A stretch of DNA of 64,000 nucleotides from Patescibacteria group bacterium (GTDB lineage Bacteria > Patescibacteriota > Microgenomatia > UBA12405). The notes under the pieces are model-generated. The model did no database searches. It was not told where the DNA came from and was given only the letters and a program-made list of their open reading frames with translations. A program made the translations under genes and the position numbers. Location of the stretch: assembly GCA_050943115.1 (NCBI GenBank), contig JBMNON010000001.1, positions 50,023-114,022 on the forward strand. The letters are read 5' to 3'. The stretch's first letter is position 1, and every line of letters begins with the position of its first letter. This document shows, piece after piece, positions 38,828-48,793 of this stretch.

Positions 38828-39424
38828 ATGCCCAATACTTCTAATAAAACTAAAAAAAAGGAATTTTTGTTCAAGCTCTCTCCAAAAGAGCCTAGCTTTG
38901 ATGCCGCCTGGTACGTCATCAACACCTACTCCGGTCACGAATATAAAGTTATTGACGCTCTCAAAACCCGTATTAAAACTATGGGTCTCGAGGATCAAAT
39001 TTTTCAGGCCATTGTCCCCATTCAAAGCAAAATGGTCATCCGCCGCGGTCAAAAGGTCAAAACCCAGGAAAAAACTTTTCCTGGTTATGTCTTAATCCAA
39101 ATGGCTCTTAGTGATGATTCCTGGATTACAGTCAGAACCACCCAGGGTGTTACCGGCTTTGTCGGTATTGGCAATCAGCCCTCTCCCATCTCCCAAAAAG
39201 AAGTTGACAACATTATCAAAACCGTCCAGGAAGAAAAACCCAAATACCAAACACCTTTTGCAATGGGCGATGTCGTCAAGATCACCAACGGTCCTTTCGC
39301 CGACTTCATCGGTACTATTGACAATATTGACCAGGAAAAAGGCAAGCTTCGTGTTTTGGTCTCCTTCTTTGAGCGGGAAACCCCGGTTGAGCTTGATTTC
39401 TTACAAGTTACCAAAGAATTATAA
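38828..39424 (+). CDS. nusG: Transcription factor NusG
   Basis: WYVINTYSGHE, FPGYV, GVTGFVG, GPFADF.G, RETPVELDF; start ATG 38828. Confidence 0.97.
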   Translation: MPNTSNKTKKKEFLFKLSPKEPSFDAAWYVINTYSGHEYKVIDALKTRIKTMGLEDQIFQAIVPIQSKMVIRRGQKVKTQEKTFPGYVLIQMALSDDSWITVRTTQGVTGFVGIGNQPSPISQKEVDNIIKTVQEEKPKYQTPFAMGDVVKITNGPFADFIGTIDNIDQEKGKLRVLVSFFERETPVELDFLQVTKEL

Positions 39425-39429
39425 AAATT

Positions 39430-39855
39430 ATGCCTAAAAAAATAAAAACTATTGTTAAATTAGCCATTCCCGCAGGTTCTGCCAACCCGGCACCTCCCGT
39501 TGGAACCGCTCTTGGTCCTCAAGGTATCAAAATCATGGACTTCTGCAATGAGTTCAATGAAAAAACCAAAGACATGAGAGGCTCCCTTATTCCTTCTGTT
39601 ATTACTATCTACGAAGACCGCTCCTTCGACTTTATCATCAAGAAGCCCCCGGTTTCTGATATGATCAAAAAAATGGCCGGACTTCAAAAAGGCGCCCAAA
39701 CCACCGGCCGCGAAAAAGTCGGCAAACTCTCACCCGCTCAGGTTGAACAAATTGCACAGGATAAACTGGTCGATTTGAACACCAAAAACCTTGAATCAGC
39801 CAAAAAAACCGTTATGGGCACTGCCCGTTCTATGGGTGTCGAAATTACCGAATAA
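39430..39855 (+). CDS. rplK: 50S ribosomal protein L11
   Basis: ANPAPPVGTALG, FCNEFN, GTARSMG. Confidence 0.98.
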   Translation: MPKKIKTIVKLAIPAGSANPAPPVGTALGPQGIKIMDFCNEFNEKTKDMRGSLIPSVITIYEDRSFDFIIKKPPVSDMIKKMAGLQKGAQTTGREKVGKLSPAQVEQIAQDKLVDLNTKNLESAKKTVMGTARSMGVEITE

Positions 39856-39886
39856 ACTATTTATTTTATATATTTCTAAATAAATT

Positions 39887-40657
39887 ATGAGCAAAACCAC
39901 AAAAGACCTAAAAGCCAAAAAAGCTCGGGAAGAGCAGGCCCAGGTGGAAGAGCAGGCAACAGAAACTGCTCGCGAGGCCCAAAATCAGGAAGAGGCAGTA
40001 CAGATAGAAAAAGTTGAGACCAATCCTTCCTCGGACACCCAAGACACCTCTGCCGCTACAATTAAAACCGCCAAAACCCGAAGTAAGCAATACAAAACGG
40101 CTAAAGCCAAAGTCGATAAAGACAAGTATTATTCCCTACCGGAAGCTGTATCCCTTGTCAAAAAAACCTCTTACGCCAAATTCGGTGGCAAAGTCGAAGC
40201 TCACGTAGTTGTAACCGATGTTGGAACCGTTGGGGAAATTTCTTTTCCTCACTTGGAAACTGCCGCCAAAAAAATTGCCGTTCTCGACGATAAAGTCCTG
40301 GCAGCCATCAAAGACGGCAATATTGATTTCGATATCCTCATTGCCACACCGGCCACCATGCCCAAACTTCTTCCCTACGCCCGCCTGCTTGGACCCAAAG
40401 GTCTAATGCCCAATCCCAAAAGTGGTACATTAACTGACAAACTACAGGACGCCGTCAAGAAACTTTCTGCTGCCAAAACTGTCCTCAAAACCGAAAAGAA
40501 AGCTCCGGTACTCCACCTGGTCACCGGCCAAGTTTCTCAACCCGAAAAAGAACTGGTAGAAAATATCGATGAACTAATCAAAACCATTGGCGCTACCAAA
40601 ATTAAAAAATTGGTACTGAAAGCCACCATGGGACCAGCTGTCAAAGTAGCTCTTTAA
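39887..40657 (+). CDS. rplA: 50S ribosomal protein L1 (internally shortened, N-terminal extension)
   Basis: DFDILIATP..M, LGPKGLMPNPKSGT, TMGP; follows rplK. Confidence 0.93.
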   Translation: MSKTTKDLKAKKAREEQAQVEEQATETAREAQNQEEAVQIEKVETNPSSDTQDTSAATIKTAKTRSKQYKTAKAKVDKDKYYSLPEAVSLVKKTSYAKFGGKVEAHVVVTDVGTVGEISFPHLETAAKKIAVLDDKVLAAIKDGNIDFDILIATPATMPKLLPYARLLGPKGLMPNPKSGTLTDKLQDAVKKLSAAKTVLKTEKKAPVLHLVTGQVSQPEKELVENIDELIKTIGATKIKKLVLKATMGPAVKVAL

Positions 40658-40671
40658 TCAAAAGACAATTT

Positions 40672-40700
40672 AAAACCCTCCAAACAAACGGAGGGTTTTA
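40672..40700. terminator. Bidirectional terminator between rplA and the convergent gene
   Basis: AAAACCCTCC...GGAGGGTTTT. Confidence 0.75.
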
Positions 40701-40716
40701 ATTGTTATGCCCTTGC

Positions 40717-41277
40717 CTACACGCTTACATCAACTGTTCTCACCTGAGCGACTCCGTTTCGGTTAAAAATTCTCTCAACTTCATTACTCCTGCCGTCAGC
40801 TACCGGCACCATCAGCATTACATCTTCACCCCGAACCTCCTCATCGTAATAAGCTCCCGCCTCTTCCCTGACTCCACCGGCTCTCTCCAATGCTCCAATA
40901 AGACCGCCGATAGCTGCTCCCAATACCGCCCCCGTCACTGTTACGGCTGCAATCCCGGTTAACCCCAAAGCTCCGGCTATGGGTCCGACAAACAATATTC
41001 CTGCCAATCCAGGCACAATCGTTGCCACAATACCATAAATCAGGCCTGCAAGGGCTCCGATAATTGCTCCGGTGATAACTCCGTTACCGATATTTCCTGT
41101 CCTATCCCTCCTCATGGTTGTCACGCCCCCCCTTCTTCCAGCCTCACTAACATTACTTTGCCTCCGGGAGCCGCCCAGTTCCATATCCTCGACATCAAAT
41201 CCGGCCCCCCTTAAATCTCTTAAGGCTTTGTCGGCATCGTCGTAGTTATCAAAAATTCCGACCATCATTCCTGCCAT
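40717..41277 (-). CDS. General stress protein (YflT/glycine-zipper like)
   Basis: VGIFD..DDA.KAL.DL...GF, SEAGRRGG, Gly-zipper TM, GV.EEA..Y.E.V; SD AGGAGG. Confidence 0.75.
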   Translation of the reverse strand: MAGMMVGIFDNYDDADKALRDLRGAGFDVEDMELGGSRRQSNVSEAGRRGGVTTMRRDRTGNIGNGVITGAIIGALAGLIYGIVATIVPGLAGILFVGPIAGALGLTGIAAVTVTGAVLGAAIGGLIGALERAGGVREEAGAYYDEEVRGEDVMLMVPVADGRSNEVERIFNRNGVAQVRTVDVSV

Positions 41278-41403
41278 ACTTGTTCCTCCTGCTTTAATAA
41301 ATAATTATTTACTAATATCTTCGAAAAAAACCTTCAGAAACCAAACAGAAACAAGCAAGAATCAAGTAAGAACCAAAATCAAATATACGATAAAATACTT
41401 TAA

Positions 41404-42630
41404 GTGAAGCAAAAAATATCCATTGTATTTTTGAACTATCTTCGGATTCTCGCAAAAATCCAGCTTTTTAAGATCCGAATTATTCAGATTGCTAAAAAAC
41501 GTCCCCTCTGTATAATCGGGATCACTGGCTCAGCTGGTAAAACCTCCACCCTGTCTGCCCTCCATTCAGCCCTGTCGCCTCAATACCAAATAAAAACTAA
41601 TTCTGGTTCTAATTCCGAATCCGGTATTCCCCTGGACATTTTAGGTTTAAAGATCAAAGAATTCTCTCTTACAAGTTGGCTCAAAATCGCCCTCCTTTCC
41701 ATCTGGAAAATTCTTACAAACTGGCAAAGTTATCAAATATATATTGCCGAAATGGGAATTGATAGCCCTAAAGAGCCCAAAAATATGACTTACCTGTTAA
41801 AAATTTTTACACCCGACATCGGTATCTTTCTCAATGTTAGCCCTGTCCATTTGGAATATTTTGACAGTCTTGATCAAATCGCTTTGGAAAAGGCCAAAAT
41901 GATAGCATCCCTTCCATCCTCGGGTTTTGCCATTCTAAACCTTGAAGATCCTCTTGTGAAAAAATATGCCCAAAATACTCCCGCTCGAATAGTTCCCATC
42001 AAACCCGTCAAAATTAATTTCCCCGGCTTTATTATTCCTGATGTTTATCAGGATTCTTTTGGCGCGGCTATCGCCACAGCCCGGGTTCTTGGTATAAAAA
42101 CAGAAACGGCCACCATCAATATCATAAACAATTTTCGCCTCCCTCCCGGCCGTGCTTCCATTCTCCGCGGCCTTAATAATTCCACAATTATTGACAGTAC
42201 TTATAACGCTTCACCCTTGGCCGCTACTGAAATGCTAAACTTCCTCCGCAACTTCCCGCCCCCCCGAATTGCTGTCCTCGGAGACATGAGGGAGCTTGGA
42301 CAAGCCTCCCGGGAAGAACACCAAAAACTTTACACCAAAGCCATCAAATCAAGCGACCTTCTCATTAGTGTAGGTCCCCTAACTTGTAAGTACTTTGGAC
42401 CAAAAGCCCAAAAATTCGACTTTTGGTGGCAGGCAGCCGACTATATGAAAACCCATCTTCCCACCAACGCTACCGTCTTGGTTAAAGGCTCCCAGAATAC
42501 GATTTTCCTCGAAGAACTAGTCAAGTCTCTCCTCCAAAATCCTTCCGACAAACAACTCTTATGCCGCCAAAACAACTACTGGCAAAAAACCAAAAGTGCC
42601 TTTCGCAAATCCATCAAAAAACCCTCCTAG
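41404..42630 (+). CDS. murF: Mur ligase, MurF-like
   Basis: IGITGSAGKTST, EMGID, GR, IIDSTYNASP, LGDMRELG, LVKGSQ. Confidence 0.85.
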   Translation: MKQKISIVFLNYLRILAKIQLFKIRIIQIAKKRPLCIIGITGSAGKTSTLSALHSALSPQYQIKTNSGSNSESGIPLDILGLKIKEFSLTSWLKIALLSIWKILTNWQSYQIYIAEMGIDSPKEPKNMTYLLKIFTPDIGIFLNVSPVHLEYFDSLDQIALEKAKMIASLPSSGFAILNLEDPLVKKYAQNTPARIVPIKPVKINFPGFIIPDVYQDSFGAAIATARVLGIKTETATINIINNFRLPPGRASILRGLNNSTIIDSTYNASPLAATEMLNFLRNFPPPRIAVLGDMRELGQASREEHQKLYTKAIKSSDLLISVGPLTCKYFGPKAQKFDFWWQAADYMKTHLPTNATVLVKGSQNTIFLEELVKSLLQNPSDKQLLCRQNNYWQKTKSAFRKSIKKPS

Positions 42631-43196
42631 GCCGAGTATTCTTTATCCTTCTTCATCTCTTTTTCAATCAAGTTTCTCAAAAACACTGATCTTGGCAGTC
42701 TCTTTTTCTTGGCCACCCAATCAAGATAGTTTAATATCTTGGGCGAAACAAAAAAGTTAAAACGGACATCGGCGCTTTTAATTGCCTCCTCAATGGCTTC
42801 TTCCAAGGCAGCCTCCACGTTACCCAGCTCATATTGAACAATTTGCATCTTGTCATAATCGGAACCAAAAAACAAACCTGGCTTCCGGTCTCCTGCAAAC
42901 AACACCACCAATGGCTTATTTAATGCCATGACTTCAGTCAATTCATGGCCGACTGACAAGCTTTGGGTTGACACCTCAGCCACGATTACTTGGGCTTTCT
43001 TAATTTCTGATATAATTTTTACGTAATTTTTCCTAGCTTCGGCTTTTGACAAACTATCAACACTTTGAGAACCGTCCTTTAAAATATGTTCCGAATACAC
43101 CTTATGCCCCATCTTGCTTAATACTCTTACAATTTCCTCATAATTTTCACTGAACTCTTTCTTTCCTCGGAGAGATGCGGTAAAATATATTCTCAT
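42627..43196 (-). CDS. Nucleoside deoxyribosyltransferase-like domain plus C-terminal ribbon-helix-helix
   Basis: MRIYFTASLRG, VAEVS..S..VGHE, KP; C-terminal RFNFFVS...YLDW......RSVFLR. Confidence 0.72.
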   Translation of the reverse strand: MRIYFTASLRGKKEFSENYEEIVRVLSKMGHKVYSEHILKDGSQSVDSLSKAEARKNYVKIISEIKKAQVIVAEVSTQSLSVGHELTEVMALNKPLVVLFAGDRKPGLFFGSDYDKMQIVQYELGNVEAALEEAIEEAIKSADVRFNFFVSPKILNYLDWVAKKKRLPRSVFLRNLIEKEMKKDKEYSA

Positions 43197-43223
43197 AAAA
43201 CAGATTATATCATTATTAATCCC

Positions 43224-44231
43224 TTGATAACAGATTCTAAAAAGATTGCCATTTATTTAACTAATAAATGTAACCTTAAATGCAAACACTGCTTCATGGA
43301 AGGATCTCCCATGAACGACAGTTTCTTAAGCTGGGGTCAGATAAAAACGGCTCTCAGCAATTTCTTTTCCCAGGACTTCAAACATGTCGAACTTTCCGGA
43401 GGCGAATCCTGCCTCTCCCCCTATTTTCTCGACGCTATAAATGAGGCCAAAAGGATCGGCTACACTGTCGGTGTCAGTACCAATGGCACTAACGGTCATA
43501 TATTTAAAATTATTAATCCCAAAATTGTAGACAAGATCACTTTCAGCCTCGATGGCGCTACCGCCTCAACCCATGCCCGTCTTCGCGGACCACAAGCTTA
43601 TGAGCTCTGTTTAAACAACATCAAAAAAGCGGTTTCCCAAGGGTTTCGTGTCGAAGTTGTTTATACCGTTCACCGCTATAATCTCAAAGAAATCGCTCCT
43701 GTTATTAAACTTCTCGATAAGCTCAAAGTAGACCGTCTCACTTTTGGTTTTATCAACAATGCCGGGTCGGCTACTTTAAATCAGCATTTCCTTCTTGAAG
43801 CCAAAAATTGGATAACAGCCAAAAAAGATATCGAAGCCCATTCTAACACCCAACACATGAGCATCCGCTATCCGCCCCTTTTTGTCACTAAGTCCGAATT
43901 TGAGGCTATTAAAACTAATACCGATTACCGTTGTCTTGTCGCTGACCCTGTCAAAATTGAAATCTACCCTGATGGATACTTTTACGGTTGCTGCTTTGTT
44001 ACATCCAACAAAGATTTATCCCTAGGTAAAATATTTGACGATCATGTTGAGGCCGACAACACTAATGCCAAAAACTTCTCCCAAAAATATTGTGCCAAAA
44101 GCTGTCCGGCAATTCAAACTAGTCTTATCTTCTCCAACAATAACAAACTAGTTCCCGTCTGCCTCTACTGTAAAATTATTACCCAGCCCCATCCTGTCAA
44201 CAAGATGCTCGGTGCCAAATCCCATAGTTGA
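43224..44231 (+). CDS. Radical SAM/SPASM-like protein
   Basis: CNLKCKHC, SGGE, STNG, FSLDG..H..LRG, C..PDG..YGCC. Confidence 0.87.
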   Translation: MITDSKKIAIYLTNKCNLKCKHCFMEGSPMNDSFLSWGQIKTALSNFFSQDFKHVELSGGESCLSPYFLDAINEAKRIGYTVGVSTNGTNGHIFKIINPKIVDKITFSLDGATASTHARLRGPQAYELCLNNIKKAVSQGFRVEVVYTVHRYNLKEIAPVIKLLDKLKVDRLTFGFINNAGSATLNQHFLLEAKNWITAKKDIEAHSNTQHMSIRYPPLFVTKSEFEAIKTNTDYRCLVADPVKIEIYPDGYFYGCCFVTSNKDLSLGKIFDDHVEADNTNAKNFSQKYCAKSCPAIQTSLIFSNNNKLVPVCLYCKIITQPHPVNKMLGAKSHS

Positions 44232-45005
44232 CATTGAAGCCACCCGACATGCTTCTTCAAGGGCATCTTTTTTACCCGCTCCGTTTAAAAGCTGAGCTAT
44301 AAATACCCCGGCAACCACATCTCCGGCCCCGATAGTGTCCCGAACTTCAATATTGTCAATTGTAGCCGCCTTCACCTCTAATTTCCCCTTCGAATAATAT
44401 TCTGCCCCCTTTGCACCCAATTTTAAAACCATATCTGTGTCTAAATTCTCTCCTCCAATTTCCCTCCCTTCAAACTCATTGGCAAAACCTAAATTGCACT
44501 TTTCCATCACTTTTTTTACCAAATTCGGTCTTGTTCTTGTAAACGTGTCAAATGTATCACAAGATATCGGAACATCACCAAAACCCATGGTCTTAATTTG
44601 TTCGAGCCATTCCAGTTGCTGTTCTGGCGATGAAGCCGCCAAATGTATCCACCCAACTCCTTCTATATCTTCCACGTCTTTAATATCAATATTTTTGCCC
44701 AAATCACCTTCGCTCCGGAAAGCCCTTCTGCCTCCTTCTTCGTTCAGCCAGTGTCGGTCAGTCATTTTCCCGCTATCTATTCCTAAATAACTAATATCAA
44801 TACCTAAATTCTTCAATATTGACAAATCAAAATCCTTTCCTATCCTGCTTTTTATTACTACTTGTCCCACAGGCAAATAAAAGGAGGCTGCTAAACTAAC
44901 ATGAAATGCCGATCCTCCCCAGAATTTATGGCACACTGAATTCCTTTTAACGATATCTCTGGCCAAATGGCCGACAACTAAAAGTTTACCCTTAATCAAA
45001 TTCAC
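44148..45005 (-). CDS. PfkB-family kinase
   Basis: GGSA, NEFE, KLGAKG, DTIGAGD. Confidence 0.88.
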   Translation of the reverse strand: MNLIKGKLLVVGHLARDIVKRNSVCHKFWGGSAFHVSLAASFYLPVGQVVIKSRIGKDFDLSILKNLGIDISYLGIDSGKMTDRHWLNEEGGRRAFRSEGDLGKNIDIKDVEDIEGVGWIHLAASSPEQQLEWLEQIKTMGFGDVPISCDTFDTFTRTRPNLVKKVMEKCNLGFANEFEGREIGGENLDTDMVLKLGAKGAEYYSKGKLEVKAATIDNIEVRDTIGAGDVVAGVFIAQLLNGAGKKDALEEACRVASMSTMGFGTEHLVDRMGLGNNFTVEADGN

Positions 45006-45063
45006 GCCAAATTATAACACCCCCCAAACTCTTTTCTTCTCCATCAAATTTCGCAATCATTTT

Positions 45064-46077
45064 CTAATTTATTAAATTCTTTTTATAAAACAAGACGTCC
45101 CCTTCTGCCACCTCCTCCCAATTACCTGAAAGGTTGTGATCATCATTTGAGTATACATAAAGCATTACTTCTTTATCAACCGCTCTCAATCCTTCAACCA
45201 CTTCCTCCTGCCACGTTACTTCACACCAAGCATCTGCAGTTCCCTGGTGGATCACTATTGGCGCTGCTACCCAATCATAGTAATTTTCAAAAGCATATCT
45301 TCGGCTGTCGTGATGTTTTTCGAAATTATTTATAGCCTTAATTACTGCCTTCCCACCATCATCTAATCCTGACGCCGTATCCAATACACTTTTTGGAAAA
45401 GGATTTGTCATTGGCGCCCACAAGCTGGTCGGATAATTTCCACTGGTAATTTCCAAAACGGACAGGGCAATCTGCCCGCCATTACTATGGGCCCAAATTC
45501 CGATGTTATTTTCATCTACAAATCCGACCTCTTTTACCGATTCTATTAAATCCAATACTGTCGGCACTTTCTCAAAGCGTGCTTCCATCATATCCAGACT
45601 CTCCGCATCGGACTCTCCGAATCCCAAAAAATCTATGGAAAATGTTACAAAACCATTCTCTGCCAGCTTATCAGCCATTCTCCAGCTTCCCGATCCTACA
45701 TAGTAGCCAGACTTGTCCGCATATCCACGTATCATAATAATTGCTGGTTTCTTCCGGCTTTCCTCTGGATTCGGTATGTTTACCATACCTGAAATTTTTT
45801 TTCCGTCCGAATAAAAATAGAATACTCTACTGTCAATATTTTCCAGAACCTCTTTTCTCCTTATGCAAACCCCTTCCGGTTCTCCGCCAAACTCTATTTT
45901 GCTAACTTTCCCGCCCCTTTTTTTCAAGTTATCAAAATCGTACTTTTCCAAATAATTTTCTGCCTCCTGTTCCCTCTCTCCTGTCGGTTGGGTTAGTTTA
46001 AGACCCCACTTCCAATAACCAAAAGCTGTTGCTACCAAGCCCATTATCAAACCCAAAACTACAAAAAGTCGCTTCAT
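45064..46077 (-). CDS. S9-like alpha/beta hydrolase with N-terminal TM
   Basis: IWAHSNGG, HQGTAD, DDHNLS. Confidence 0.82.
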   Translation of the reverse strand: MKRLFVVLGLIMGLVATAFGYWKWGLKLTQPTGEREQEAENYLEKYDFDNLKKRGGKVSKIEFGGEPEGVCIRRKEVLENIDSRVFYFYSDGKKISGMVNIPNPEESRKKPAIIMIRGYADKSGYYVGSGSWRMADKLAENGFVTFSIDFLGFGESDAESLDMMEARFEKVPTVLDLIESVKEVGFVDENNIGIWAHSNGGQIALSVLEITSGNYPTSLWAPMTNPFPKSVLDTASGLDDGGKAVIKAINNFEKHHDSRRYAFENYYDWVAAPIVIHQGTADAWCEVTWQEEVVEGLRAVDKEVMLYVYSNDDHNLSGNWEEVAEGDVLFYKKNLIN

Positions 46078-46136
46078 TACAATTATTTTACCCCAAACAC
46101 CTTCTCTCTAAATACTTCCAAGTGCTATCATCACTT

Positions 46137-47633
46137 ATGTCTTCTTTGCTGAACTTCCTCAAAAAACATCGCTTGCTTATTTTCATTTTAGTATTGGGTT
46201 TATCTTTTCGTTTCTATAATTATCCTAATCGTTGGGTTTTGAACCAAGATCAAGCTCGTGATGTTTCTATCGCCCTTTATGCAATTAGAAACCGAACCCT
46301 CCCCCTTCTTGGTTCACCTTCCTCCGCAGGTCCTTTTAACTTCGGACCTCTTTATGATTGGCTCGTTATTATTACAACCCTGCTTTTCCCCTTCACTTCT
46401 GGTCCTTGGGTTGCCTTTACCCTGCTTTCAACCCTTGTTATCGTTATCTTCTATTTAATCGGACGTCAATTTGCCGATCATTCAACCGGGCTCATTTTTG
46501 CTCTTACTACCGCTTTTGCTGCTGGTCCCATTGGTAATGCTCCCGACATGCTCAACACGGTTATTGTTCTTTTTTGGGTATCTCTTGCCTTTCTTTGCTT
46601 AACTTTTCTAATCACAAAAAAGAAAATTGCCTACGCCATTCCACTATCTTTTTTTATCGGCGCTGCTCTCAACTCCCATTTTCAATCTCTCGGCTTATTT
46701 GCCCTGCTTCTGTCAGCGTTTCTCATCAACCCATTTAATTTTAAGCAAAAAATTCAAACCGGATTCCTTTTTTTATTCGGTTTTCTTCTCGCCTTCCTGC
46801 CTCTTTTAGTCTTTGATATAACTCATAAATGGATCTGGATTAAAAGTGTTTTTGCTTATTACACCAATGGTCAAAACAAATTTCATGTTCCGATCCGTTG
46901 GCTTACTGATCTTCGTGATTTTTGGCCCCAATTATGGGGCAGCACCATTCTTGATCTACCCTATGCCGGCTACTTTTTTTTGGTTCTCTTCTTTGTAGCC
47001 ATTTATCTTTATTACCACAAACACCGTCGATTACCTCTTCCTCTGATCATTCTAACCGTCTCGTTACTTATCCAAGTTGTCCTGCTTCGTTATTACAAAG
47101 GTGTTCGTTCTCGTGAATACCTCATTGTTTTTCATTCCTACTTCATTTTTTATACAGGCTGGCTCCTTTCTGTGTTTATTCACACCAATCGTCGCTTAGG
47201 CCAATTTTTAATTGGCCTTTTTTTACTAATCTCTTGTTACTCTAATTACAAAATTATACAAAAAACTTCTCAAGCTAAAATAATCCTAACTTTCAAAAAA
47301 AATATTGACAGTCTGCATTTGGGAAATTTTGAATACTATGTCAAAAATTCTCCCAATGATCAGCTTAATACTCCTCTCTTTTACTTGCTATATAAAGAAA
47401 ACCGTATTAATCCTTCGGCATACAAAATTGGCACTTGTTATCCCAAACACGATTCTGACTATTGCCCTTCACCGGAGTATATTATTCACCAGTCAACAAA
47501 ACCTCCTTATATTCTTTACAACCTGTCTCATTTATCATCCGAGGACCTAGCCAGATTAGGTTTCTACCAATATACCCCCAAAAACATATACGAACGCCTT
47601 TTTGTTAATTATCCTCAAGCATTAAATAATTGA
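46137..47633 (+). CDS. ArnT/PMT-like GT-C glycosyltransferase
   Basis: DQARD, PLLG..SS...FGPLY, multi-TM, H in NSHFQ; start ATG 46137. Confidence 0.8.
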   Translation: MSSLLNFLKKHRLLIFILVLGLSFRFYNYPNRWVLNQDQARDVSIALYAIRNRTLPLLGSPSSAGPFNFGPLYDWLVIITTLLFPFTSGPWVAFTLLSTLVIVIFYLIGRQFADHSTGLIFALTTAFAAGPIGNAPDMLNTVIVLFWVSLAFLCLTFLITKKKIAYAIPLSFFIGAALNSHFQSLGLFALLLSAFLINPFNFKQKIQTGFLFLFGFLLAFLPLLVFDITHKWIWIKSVFAYYTNGQNKFHVPIRWLTDLRDFWPQLWGSTILDLPYAGYFFLVLFFVAIYLYYHKHRRLPLPLIILTVSLLIQVVLLRYYKGVRSREYLIVFHSYFIFYTGWLLSVFIHTNRRLGQFLIGLFLLISCYSNYKIIQKTSQAKIILTFKKNIDSLHLGNFEYYVKNSPNDQLNTPLFYLLYKENRINPSAYKIGTCYPKHDSDYCPSPEYIIHQSTKPPYILYNLSHLSSEDLARLGFYQYTPKNIYERLFVNYPQALNN

Positions 47634-47673
47634 TTCTTTTGAAAACATCGTTTATAATCAGCCTATCCTTAAA

Positions 47674-47771
47674 CCGAAGACAGTAGGTACCCGCAACCCG
47701 GGTCGAAGCATCCTACCGAGGCAGACACAAATCAATTTTGTTGTTGACACCTCGCTTCGGCGGGGTTTTTT
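47674..47771 (+). promoter_or_regulatory. L10 leader (autogenous control RNA) with attenuator-like hairpin
   Basis: CCGAAGACAGTAGG...CCTACCGAGG upstream of rplJ, then CCTCGC-TTCG-GCGGGG-T7; promoter TTGATT-17-TATAAT upstream. Confidence 0.85.
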
Positions 47772-47784
47772 ATTTTAAATACAT

Positions 47785-48297
47785 ATGCCAACCCAACAAA
47801 AAATCGACCAGGTCAAAGAAGTTGCTGATAAAATCAGCGAATCCAAATCAGCCGCTCTCGTTCAATACCAGGGCCTGAACGCTGAAGATATATCAGCCCT
47901 TCGGGATAATATCAAACAGGCCGGCGGCCGAATGGAAGTTATCAAAAACACTCTCCTAATGCGTGCTTTGGAAAGTTTAGGTATAAAACTTCCTGAAAAA
48001 CTTACCGGCCCTACCTCAATTACCTATTGTCTTGATGACGAAATCGCCCCCCTAAAAGAAATCGACAAAGTCAACAAAGACAAAGAATTAACCGGGTTCA
48101 AATACGGTATCTTTGAGAACAAGCTGCTTTCAGTCGAAGAGTTGACTAAGTTCCTAATTCTTCCTTCCAAATCCACCCTCATTGCTCAATTTGTCGGTGG
48201 TTTGGCCAATCCCCTGACCCGTCTCGTTTATTCTCTTAAATATAGCCATACCAGATTGGCTTTGGTTCTCAAAGCCATCTCAGAAAAACAGCAATAA
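47785..48297 (+). CDS. rplJ: 50S ribosomal protein L10
   Basis: YQGL......LR, VIKNTL, LTGPT, LPSK..L. Confidence 0.95.
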   Translation: MPTQQKIDQVKEVADKISESKSAALVQYQGLNAEDISALRDNIKQAGGRMEVIKNTLLMRALESLGIKLPEKLTGPTSITYCLDDEIAPLKEIDKVNKDKELTGFKYGIFENKLLSVEELTKFLILPSKSTLIAQFVGGLANPLTRLVYSLKYSHTRLALVLKAISEKQQ

Positions 48298-48326
48298 ATT
48301 ATTAATTATTTAAAAAGAAAAAAAAT

Positions 48327-48740
48327 ATGTCAGAACAAACAACCCAAGTTTCAGAAAAACTCCAGAAAATCATCGATTCTGTTTCTGAACTCTCCGTTCT
48401 CGAGCTCTCCGATCTTGTCAAGGCTCTTGAAGAAAAATTCGATGTTCAGGCTGTCGCTGCCGCTCCTGTAGCTGCTGCCGGTACCGCTCCCGCCGCCAAT
48501 GGCGAAGCCGCCGCTCCCGCTGAAGAGAAAAGCGAATTTGAAGTTGTTATCACCAATGCCGGTGCTAACAAAATCGCCGTTATCAAAGCTGTCCGCGAGT
48601 TCAAGCCGGAACTTGGCCTCAAAGAAGCCAAAGATATGGTCGATGCTGTCCCTGCTTCTCTTGGTACCATGAAAAAAGAGGATGCGGAAAATGCCAAAAC
48701 CAAACTCACCGAAGCCGGTGCCCAAGTTGACCTTAAATAA
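48327..48740 (+). CDS. rplL: 50S ribosomal protein L7/L12
   Basis: [34 protein letters not shown]. Confidence 0.98.
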   Translation: MSEQTTQVSEKLQKIIDSVSELSVLELSDLVKALEEKFDVQAVAAAPVAAAGTAPAANGEAAAPAEEKSEFEVVITNAGANKIAVIKAVREFKPELGLKEAKDMVDAVPASLGTMKKEDAENAKTKLTEAGAQVDLK

Positions 48741-48758
48741 CTTTAAGTCAATTTAAAA

Positions 48759-48787
48759 CAAACCCTCACGATAACGTGGGGGTTTTT
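48759..48787. terminator. Terminator after rplL
   Basis: AAACCCTCACG-ATAA-CGTGGGGGTTT. Confidence 0.75.
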
Positions 48788-48793
48788 GGTTGT

